From: a virus
Virus record (IMG/VR): IMGVR_UViG_3300047554_000255
Span: 32,001 to 96,000 of that record
Length of the DNA: 64,000 nucleotides
Direction: 5' to 3' (one strand)
Below the pieces are notes generated by a model. That model ran no database searches, was not told where the DNA came from, and saw nothing but the letters and a program-made list of their open reading frames with translations. The stretch's first letter is position 1, and the number at the start of each line of letters is the position of its first letter. The translations under genes were made by a program, and so were the position numbers. This document shows, piece by piece, positions 57,301 to 64,000 of this stretch.

Positions 57301-58020
57301 GCCAGTCATTGTTCCTCCTGACAAAGGAAGCGCGTAAGAAGTTAAAGCAGATGATGTAATATAACCAGAAGGATTACTAGAGTTATAAGGAGTATAACCT
57401 AAAGCACCAGTAACCATACCAGATGTAATACCTGTTATATAGCCACTTGGATTTGATGAATTATATGGAGTGTAACCAAGTGCGCCAGTAACCATTGCAC
57501 TTGTAATTCCGCTAATATATCCACTTGGATTTGTTGCATTGTAAGGAGTAAAACCTAATGCACCTGTTACATCACCTGAAGTTAATGTAATAGCTCCAGT
57601 TCTAGTATTAAACGATGTAACACCTGATGCAATAGTCCAAGCTCTATCAGCACTTAAATCATAAGCAGTGCCGTTGATAGTTATTGTTCTTGACTGAGGT
57701 ACTTTAGTCCCTATTGATGTAGTAATAGTAGTAGCAAAGTTTGGATCATTACCCAAAGCTGTTGCTAACTCGTTTAATGTATTAAGAGTAGTAGGTGCTG
57801 ATGCAACAAGGTCTGCTATTGCAGTTTCAACAGATGAAGCTGTAGCGTAAGATAAAGACCCTACATACGCACGTATCCAAGCAGTAGTGGCAACTTTTGT
57901 TGAGTTGTCAGTACTATCTGGTGTAGGCAATGATAAACCAGCTGGAAGCGTTACTGCTCCAGTAGTATGATCATATTGAAATATGTTAAGTATATGGGAG
58001 GTCTTCCTTTGTTTGTTCAT
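54349..58020 (-). CDS. long tail fibre with C-terminal peptidase S74 chaperone
   Basis: APTTLNTLNELATALGNDPNF fibre motif, ALGYTPYN repeats and WSDRRAKENI...GFIAQELE...VEY. Confidence 0.88.
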   Translation of the reverse strand: MNKQRKTSHILNIFQYDHTTGAVTLPAGLSLPTPDSTDNSTKVATTAWIRAYVGSLSYATASSVETAIADLVASAPTTLNTLNELATALGNDPNFATTITTSIGTKVPQSRTITINGTAYDLSADRAWTIASGVTSFNTRTGAITLTSGDVTGALGFTPYNATNPSGYISGITSAMVTGALGYTPYNSSNPSGYITGITSGMVTGALGYTPYNSSNPSGYITSSALTSYALPLSGGTMTGSIVNNTDGAVILESNASENNNWLWKENAKQWGLFWFNRGSQSGQTIGSYTTVGAELMFMGGSSGIAMPSGWTGYIAGSNIAAMISNYNGYIYSASTVYAAGDMRAPIFYDINDTGYYGNFASTSRVNGIYADYIGIGQDINTSYRLITNGSIYLNSNGNGWAEGVFKQRRSGSTFYDVIDAGNIGGQTVAGLNADFLGTGTVSLSRGYSCVLRNENGSGAAVTYAPLLHMAASDTMWQLQGTYGTSGNGTLYFRQGYSGSWGNWLTMLSSANYSSYALPLSGGTLTGTTSVNAGYSFVANGYNNNGGFAMNNGGQYWGLMNNFGTNDWRLGRGSHQSQNGGWNLRWDAGDNVFINQHLYLNNNYGSTIVGAYSSTVYQGIFAMGDAYKLPLNGSSTGSLYGLAWSHPNAGGVAGNLNTHGLLVMENGSFLAAISGNIKARDGIIAGTYMYAPNYIESGGAMYGTIFYDNNDRTYFFDGDGQTRAYRVNLSNGQVQAANNAGGRLRISSWTNGESVINGNCHNIVLGPYSTRTGAGLFYAGIAINGLMNYSGSTAYDVAPHIWLGGYYRDTPGSERSDFVVAIKSGTGTSGAGSDLPEVRFRVDYEGIATATGSFRSNDIYTTGGWFRNHTNNNGIYWSNTGWHIYPENANDIFLRSGTSNIGLRLTTSDAVARGYIYADTGNQVGILTSDRNWALRIDGSKTTHIHGNLIVGYGQTSSNIWMGDTDETQRRIHCNSNRIGFLNSSDGWGAWCNNDGSFQSARKVQGEYLYSDGWVYSSGGNTGWYQDNQGQGIRAAGYNTSYGTIATYGTNTGGHAGYAIMNNYRVILMQDSSGNFGFYNNDDWAWQLFFNRGNNCWGIGTDNTYSGDGFRCVKYGSSQYGWTTWSDRRAKENISSITGALDKVLNMRGVYFNYISDEAKSKRVGFIAQELEQVLPEAVRYAEEIDEYNVEYAQIVSVLAEAIKEQNIKITRLEALVEQLTNN

Positions 58021-58076
58021 AACCTACTCTTATCTATTTATGTAATCTTATTTTTATACTATGCGTATAGTACAAG

Positions 58077-58424
58077 TTAACTAAAAACTTCCCAGTCATC
58101 AAGAACATAGTTGTAAATATATTCTTGTCCATCATCTGGTTTTGGAGGATATGACCATAAACAAGTCTCCTCATCAAATGTAAATCTAGGACTAGGTTGT
58201 GGAAAATAAAAGGCATCTCTTACTCTATCATAAAACATACCAACACCAGCAAAGTTCTTTCTTAGTGGTGTTCCTCCTAATCTATGTTGTCCTCCGTAAG
58301 TATTGTAAGATGTTTGTATCCATCTTGAGGGATCTCCTACAGCACCTGAGTCAATAAAATCTTGTTCAGCAACTATTACGTTAACAACTATATCATCTTT
58401 ATCTACTAATGCAAAATGTGACAT
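58077..58424 (-). CDS. conserved fibre/adhesin-associated protein
   Basis: MSHFALVD...WIQTSYN...RKNFAG.G..YD...DAF, a pattern commonly found next to Gly-rich phage adhesins. Confidence 0.65.
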   Translation of the reverse strand: MSHFALVDKDDIVVNVIVAEQDFIDSGAVGDPSRWIQTSYNTYGGQHRLGGTPLRKNFAGVGMFYDRVRDAFYFPQPSPRFTFDEETCLWSYPPKPDDGQEYIYNYVLDDWEVFS

Positions 58425-58425
58425 A

Positions 58426-59391
58426 TTATAATAAGTATCTTATTAAAACTATTCCTGATCCACCTGAGCCACCTGTGTTATTTCCCTGAGTTCCTCCTCC
58501 TCCACCACCAGTATTTGCTCCACCATTACCAGGTGTTAAGCCAGGTACACCACCATTACCTCCACCACCAACACCACCTAATACTGTACCGTAGCAAGTT
58601 CCGTAGTAGTTATTTGTTCCAGGTTCACCACCACCTCCTCCTCCACCTGCATAATAGGTAGAGCTACCGTTTAACCAAGTATGTGATTTTCCTGGACCAC
58701 CATTACCTCCTCTACGTCCATATGGACTACAAGTATAACCAACAGAACCAGCACCATTGGCTCCACCGCCACCACCACCTCCGTGTTGTACACCATCAGT
58801 TGCTTCACCACCAGCACCGCCACCGTTTCCTCCTTGACTACCATAACCTCCCCAGCTCCAGTTTGAGTGACCACCACCGCAACCACCATTTGCTTGAGCC
58901 TGAGCCTGGTTTTGATATGGACCATAGATAGCTGATCTACCACCACCTTCGGCAGTTACACTTGCACCACCACCACTAACAGTTGTATCACTACCTTTTG
59001 TATCAACTCCTCCACCACTACCAATAACAATTGTAACGTTACCACTAATGGTTGGATTAGAAGCAACCCAGCCGCCGCCTCCTCCGCCACCACCTGATTG
59101 AGTGCTACCATTACCACCCCCACCTCCGCCAGCAACAGCAATAATCTCCATTGCCTTTGTTCCATTAACAGTTAATGTACCGGAAGATGTAAATACGTGT
59201 ACCCGATATCCTGCGTAATCTGTTACTGATCCACCACTTGCACTAAATGAAGAGTATCCATAGAACTCACTCATAGCATCAGGTGTACCTTTACCTGCTG
59301 CAGCACTAAGTGTTCTTAGCGAGTATGAACCAGATCCTAACTCAGCTCTGATTTGATTAATACTAATAGCTCCTGATGATTGTAACGGCAT
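58426..59391 (-). CDS. glycine-rich adhesin/receptor-binding protein (gp38-like arrangement)
   Basis: MPLQSSGAISINQIRAELG attachment-like N-terminus, VHVFTSSG, polyglycine motifs and terminal GGSGIVLIRY. Confidence 0.75.
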   Translation of the reverse strand: MPLQSSGAISINQIRAELGSGSYSLRTLSAAAGKGTPDAMSEFYGYSSFSASGGSVTDYAGYRVHVFTSSGTLTVNGTKAMEIIAVAGGGGGGNGSTQSGGGGGGGGWVASNPTISGNVTIVIGSGGGVDTKGSDTTVSGGGASVTAEGGGRSAIYGPYQNQAQAQANGGCGGGHSNWSWGGYGSQGGNGGGAGGEATDGVQHGGGGGGGANGAGSVGYTCSPYGRRGGNGGPGKSHTWLNGSSTYYAGGGGGGGEPGTNNYYGTCYGTVLGGVGGGGNGGVPGLTPGNGGANTGGGGGGTQGNNTGGSGGSGIVLIRYLL

Positions 59392-59392
59392 C

Positions 59393-62300
59393 TTAGAATC
59401 CTTTCATTGTTTTTACAATAGCAACTAACTCATCTATCTGAGCTTTTTGTTCTGTGATTTGAGCTTGTTGTTCTTTTATACCTTCTATAAGTAAAGGTAC
59501 TATTCGTTCATATTTAATAGTAAGATAGTTTTCACCACTACGACTAATACCGTTACCATCTTGATCATGACCATCTAAATCAAAAGGGGCAATCGTAACT
59601 ACTTCTGGTAAAACATTCTTTACTTCTTGTGCAATAAGACCTACATGAATCTTATTAGGATTTTCTTTTAATAGTTCTTGTCCTAGACCGTTATGTTTAT
59701 AAGTATAACCAGTTAGTGTTAATATTTTAGCTACTGCATTCTCTATAGGATTTAGCTCATGCTTTAATCTTCCATCTGAGTAATATGCTGTAATATCACC
59801 TGTAGCATAAATCCTTCCGCTACCATAATTGCCACCTGAAGCTTGAAAACCAATTAATGAGGAGCCGTTAATAATCTGATGATGCCAAGTTGCACTGTCT
59901 GCACAGTTCCATAAAGGTCCATATGACTCAGTTAATCTAACACCTGTAGTATTATCAAAAGAAGCTCCTGATCCACCTAAAACTAAAGCAGAACCACCAA
60001 TTAGGTTATAACCCCCTCCTGCAGTACTATATATTCTATATGCTGTTACACCTCCACTTTCTACAGTTAATCTTTCAGAACCACCACCGTAAATAGAAGT
60101 TTTAGTTATGTTACTACTACCACCTAAAATAAATCTGGTACCGCTTTGGTATCTCATTACCTCTGCTTTATTTGGACCAGAATACATAAACATGGCATGG
60201 TCGCGATTATTAGCTGCACTACCTAATATTAATTGATCATCTTGACCTGATTGAGCAACGTGTAATGCAGCTTCTGGAGATGCAATCCCAAATCCGATTC
60301 TACCATTTGCTAAAAATGTAGCTTTTACTGAATACGTTGTTCCATCATATGAACCTATGGTTTGTCTTCCTGCTCCTGCATATCCACCTACACCATAAGG
60401 GAAGTAAACAGAATGTTCATAAGCATTACCTCCCATATCTGTTCCTAATCCCATCCATGCATCAGGATTAGCATCTAGACCATATGTTTGGATTCTAACT
60501 CCACCTGTTCCACCTCTAACTTCTAGTCCTGGTGTATTACTTGCAGTCCCCTTATAAGCTCGTACAAATCCACCACTAGTAATACTAGTACTAAATCTAC
60601 CTGTACCGTTTACATCAAATCTATAACCTGAATCTGTTGTTGTTCCAACCAGTACATTACCTCCTGGAGCAAAACACATTGCCTCAATATTTCCACTTTC
60701 ATCTTTAATGGTTAATCTACCACCTGTTGATGTTGCACCTCCATATATGCCCCAAAACCTAGCGGCCCCTTCAAAATAAATAACTCCATTAGCCCCTGTA
60801 CTTTTTAGTCTAATTGTCTGGTCTGAGGAACCGAGTATATCTATCTTATATATTGGGGCATTATTACCTAAACCGAGGTTACCTGCATTTGTAATACGTG
60901 CTCCTTCAGTAAAGCTAGACGTTGTGCTTTTACCAAATGTAATACCACCTGTAGATGTACCTGATGCCCCAGAATGTATTCTTAACTCGGAATCTTGAAC
61001 TTGTATACCATATCTATCACCACTACCTGTAGTTGTATGATAAAAGTCAATCTTATTACCTGTAACATTTGAAAAAGCTAATAATCCAGTTAATGTTCCT
61101 CCGCCTATTGGTAATGCATAAGAACTAACATTGGCAGCATGAAGTACAGTATTACCATTCCATGTTATACCTGTTCTAGTAATTCGCGCTACTTCTGCAT
61201 AGTTTCCTGTTTGTGCTGTTTTAAAAAACCATCCTGTAGTATCGTTAGCTTCTGCATATTCTACTAAACAAGTTTGGTGACCAGCTGTAAATGTAGGAGA
61301 TGCATCAGTACCACCAATCATTGCTCTAAAAACAATTAAGTGGTTGCTATTATCATAACCTGAAAATATACCATAAGTATTTACACCACCTGTCCTAGCA
61401 ATAATTCTAGCATTAGTTACGGTTAATGTATTATTAATTGATACAGCATCACTTGTAACAGCTCCTCTAGATGTTACACTAGCTAATGTATCAGTCTCTG
61501 TATAAGAACTTATATAACCGTTTGGATTCGTACTATTATAAGGAGTATATCCTAACGCTCCTGTAACATCTCCTGACGTTAAGGTGATTGCACCAGTTCG
61601 TGTATTAAAGCTCGTTACACCCGCAGCAATGGACCAAGATCTATCTGCTGAAAGATCATAGGCTGTACCATTGATTGTAATAGTTCTAGTCTGTGGTACT
61701 TTTGTACCAATACTAGTTGCTATTGTTGTTGCAAAGTTAGGATCATTACCTAATGCAGTTGCAAGTTCATTAAGAGTATCAAGTGTTGTTGGAGCAGAAG
61801 CTACTAAGTTTGATATTGCAGTGTTTACATATCCTTGTGTAGCATAAGAGTTCGCTATTAGATATGCGCTAACGCGAGCATCTGTATAATAAAGATTTGT
61901 ACCTTCAACAATATTTGTTGTTGATGCAGCAATCTTAGTCCATAAACCAGTTGATGCGACATACTTAATCATGTCACCATCTGATGCATTTTTTACAGAA
62001 AGATCGTGTAGCTCATCTAACTCAAAACCGTTTTGTACTTTGACAAAGATCTCACCATTGTTGGATTGTACACGTGTAACAACACCAATAAATACTAAGT
62101 GAGCAGGAGCTGTTGGTTTATTAGCTAAACCAAAGATAAGATTGCCGTTTATACCTAACCATACTGGATCCCCAGCATTAGCAGTTGATGTATCTAAACC
62201 AGCAAGTAAACCTTCTGTTACAACGAATACTTCGTCATTTGCTGCACCACCAGTCTTTAGAAGACCTAGTGTCTTTGATGATGTACCTTCTGAAGCATTA

Positions 62301-63139
62301 GATGCTTTTGATACAATCATGTTTGTACCAGAGCCACCTGTAGAGCCAGATACATAAACAGCTGTACCAGCAGTCATTGCAACACTAAGTTTTACATAAT
62401 GCTGTACCTGACTAGTATAGTTATCTATCCAAGTTGTATCATAACTAGTTGCACTTGCTTTTGCAAGAATCTGACCAGCTAAACCATTTGCAGGAACAAG
62501 ACCTTGATAGTTGGGAATATTAAATACGCCTGTAAGATTATCATACGTTGCTGCACCAGATACTCCAGTTGTTGTTAAAGAGATTGCAGTGCGAACTCTT
62601 GCTGGAGTATAATAAAGATTAACTGTACCTTCTGGAAGACTATCAGTAGTAGCAACAGAACCTTCGCCAATAGGAGATGTAATAATAACATCAATAATAT
62701 CACCAGCTATTGCAGGATCAGCTAAGGTAACAGTACTTCCGTTTGTTGCAGTTGTTTGTCCTGGTGATAGATATACACCATTAAGAAAGACATCGATAAG
62801 CCCAGGAGTATATCCGTTTGCAATAGTGAATATACTTTGACCTTCTGTTGCAGTAAATGTCTGAGTTGACTTTAAAGATACTGATCCGCCTGATACTGAT
62901 AGAACACCAGTAAGTGCATCGATAGCTAAACCTGTACCTACTTTTATACCACCAAGAACGGTAGAAGAAGCAATAGGTAATGTGTATGGTTGCACAAATG
63001 ATCTTACCCATGCAGTTGTTGCAAAGTTAGTAGAGTTATCATTTGATGCTGGAGTCTGACCTGTTGCACTACTGTTGAATACAGCAGCACCATCAACAAT
63101 CAGACCAGCTTTAGCTAGTATGTCAGACAAAAATCTCAT
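59393..63139 (-). CDS. long tail fibre with C-terminal peptidase S74 chaperone
   Basis: EGTNLYYT repeats, APTTLDTLNELATALGNDPNF and YSDGRLK...GLIAQEV...YERIVPLLIEGIKE. Confidence 0.88.
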   Translation of the reverse strand: MRFLSDILAKAGLIVDGAAVFNSSATGQTPASNDNSTNFATTAWVRSFVQPYTLPIASSTVLGGIKVGTGLAIDALTGVLSVSGGSVSLKSTQTFTATEGQSIFTIANGYTPGLIDVFLNGVYLSPGQTTATNGSTVTLADPAIAGDIIDVIITSPIGEGSVATTDSLPEGTVNLYYTPARVRTAISLTTTGVSGAATYDNLTGVFNIPNYQGLVPANGLAGQILAKASATSYDTTWIDNYTSQVQHYVKLSVAMTAGTAVYVSGSTGGSGTNMIVSKASNASEGTSSKTLGLLKTGGAANDEVFVVTEGLLAGLDTSTANAGDPVWLGINGNLIFGLANKPTAPAHLVFIGVVTRVQSNNGEIFVKVQNGFELDELHDLSVKNASDGDMIKYVASTGLWTKIAASTTNIVEGTNLYYTDARVSAYLIANSYATQGYVNTAISNLVASAPTTLDTLNELATALGNDPNFATTIATSIGTKVPQTRTITINGTAYDLSADRSWSIAAGVTSFNTRTGAITLTSGDVTGALGYTPYNSTNPNGYISSYTETDTLASVTSRGAVTSDAVSINNTLTVTNARIIARTGGVNTYGIFSGYDNSNHLIVFRAMIGGTDASPTFTAGHQTCLVEYAEANDTTGWFFKTAQTGNYAEVARITRTGITWNGNTVLHAANVSSYALPIGGGTLTGLLAFSNVTGNKIDFYHTTTGSGDRYGIQVQDSELRIHSGASGTSTGGITFGKSTTSSFTEGARITNAGNLGLGNNAPIYKIDILGSSDQTIRLKSTGANGVIYFEGAARFWGIYGGATSTGGRLTIKDESGNIEAMCFAPGGNVLVGTTTDSGYRFDVNGTGRFSTSITSGGFVRAYKGTASNTPGLEVRGGTGGVRIQTYGLDANPDAWMGLGTDMGGNAYEHSVYFPYGVGGYAGAGRQTIGSYDGTTYSVKATFLANGRIGFGIASPEAALHVAQSGQDDQLILGSAANNRDHAMFMYSGPNKAEVMRYQSGTRFILGGSSNITKTSIYGGGSERLTVESGGVTAYRIYSTAGGGYNLIGGSALVLGGSGASFDNTTGVRLTESYGPLWNCADSATWHHQIINGSSLIGFQASGGNYGSGRIYATGDITAYYSDGRLKHELNPIENAVAKILTLTGYTYKHNGLGQELLKENPNKIHVGLIAQEVKNVLPEVVTIAPFDLDGHDQDGNGISRSGENYLTIKYERIVPLLIEGIKEQQAQITEQKAQIDELVAIVKTMKGF

Positions 63140-63147
63140 TAAGTATA

Positions 63148-63999
63148 TTATTTCTTGATAACTACACGATACGCATTAGAAGCTGGAGCAACTGCAAAGT
63201 TTACAGTAACAACACTTGTTGATGTTAATACAACATCAGTAATAACTTCTTCGTATGTAGCATTATCATATATTGCAACAATAACGTCTCTTGTACCCAA
63301 TCCATGAGTCAAAGCAAATGAAGTGCTTGTTGTATCTCCAACGTTTGCTGCATATCCTCCTGTACGGTTATCTAATAAAGTCTTTAGCTTTAAAGGAGTA
63401 ACAATACGTTGATCATCTGTACCAGCATCTGTTTCAGCTTGTGTCGCAATCTCAGCTAAACCTAAAGCTGATTCAGTCGCTTGATCACGGTTAACCTCTA
63501 ACTGGATCCAATCTGCTGCAGATGATGTTGAAGCAGAATTAGTTTTAGCAATAATAACATCACCAATATTAAAAGCAACTCCTCCTGTTGTACCAGCAGT
63601 AGTTACATACCAGTAGTCACCAGCTTTTGTACCAGCAACTGGAGCGGAACCAACAGGAAAAGATCCTGATGAAGCATCCCAACCACCTTCTAAGTTTCCT
63701 AGTCCTCCAATGGTGCTATCAATATAGCTTTTAATTGCAGCAGAAGTTGCAAGCGATGTGCTAGTTGCATTATCTAAATCATCAACAACTGTTACTTCTT
63801 CTACATTACCCGTAGCACCTGACATGTTACCTAGAACACGTAGATTTGCTATCTGAGCAATCTTATCGAGTGTAACAGCATTACCGTTAATCTTAACTGT
63901 TGTTACTGCACTATTAGCTAATTTACCTGTTGTGATACCAAGGTCTTTAACACGAAGAGCATCGTTATCGATCTCGATAGTTGCATTGTCAACGTTGAT
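63148..63999 (-). CDS. tail fibre/structural protein, 5'-truncated by the window edge
   Basis: The frame is open to the window end (INVDNATIEI...AVTTVKI). It contains an ATESALGLAEIATQAE...IVTPLKL fibre repeat and a C-terminal THGLGT domain. Confidence 0.75.
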   Translation of the reverse strand: MNVDNATIEIDNDALRVKDLGITTGKLANSAVTTVKINGNAVTLDKIAQIANLRVLGNMSGATGNVEEVTVVDDLDNATSTSLATSAAIKSYIDSTIGGLGNLEGGWDASSGSFPVGSAPVAGTKAGDYWYVTTAGTTGGVAFNIGDVIIAKTNSASTSSAADWIQLEVNRDQATESALGLAEIATQAETDAGTDDQRIVTPLKLKTLLDNRTGGYAANVGDTTSTSFALTHGLGTRDVIVAIYDNATYEEVITDVVLTSTSVVTVNFAVAPASNAYRVVIKK

Positions 64000-64000
64000 A

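Noticed and set aside
58057-58072. Hairpin TACTAT-gcgt-ATAGTA between fibre genes
   Set aside because: AT-rich 6-bp stem with no U-tract on the coding strand; too weak to call.
9679-63011. Numerous 60-135-aa antisense or alternate-frame ORFs in the track (e.g. 20318-20665, 40448-40756, 46806-47162, 52038-52445)
   Set aside because: They are shadows of long genes with biased codon usage, and have no motifs or initiation context.
63143-63151. GTATATTAT late-promoter core on the + strand
   Set aside because: Wrong orientation, overlaps a stop codon and lacks the downstream GTAG; probably chance.
1-64000. Stop-codon reassignment (TAG=Gln or TGA=Trp), known in some crAss-like phages
   Set aside because: Giant ORFs are intact in code 11, and TAG (2957, 3952, 42976) and TGA (6820, 7260, 36151) end genes at sensible, coupled positions.

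Overview
This is a 64-kb internal fragment of a crAss-like (Crassvirales-type) podophage genome, most likely infecting an environmental Bacteroidota host. The host call rests on TAnnTTTG host-type promoters and A-rich starts with no Shine-Dalgarno sequence. The + strand arm (1-8283) holds replication and nucleotide-metabolism genes: primase, GIY-YIG nuclease, PD-(D/E)XK nuclease, family B DNA polymerase, HAD phosphatase, dUTPase, a cyclic-phosphate receiver-like protein and a dNMP kinase. It converges at a bidirectional terminator (about 8282-8312) with a long - strand virion arm. That arm encodes tail fibres/adhesins, a metallophosphoesterase, IHF-like, ring and muzzle proteins, two modular cargo proteins and the giant ejected proteins, including the virion RNA polymerase (DFDVD motif plus a zincin domain). 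The genetic code is standard, and I saw no tRNA, CRISPR, integrase or intron. Most striking observation: the three giant ejection proteins (1889, 2829 and 1273 aa) contain only four cysteines in total, all at the two gene junctions (C-x-stop followed by M-A-C-L). This suggests a head-to-tail disulfide daisy chain. Second, two cargo proteins are mosaics of small domains separated by a recurring xxxGG motif, like a polyprotein. Also noted: a phage-specific late promoter motif, strong AATT avoidance that relaxes in the fibre tips, and several candidate regulatory RNA structures. All family assignments come from motif recognition by eye, not database searches.
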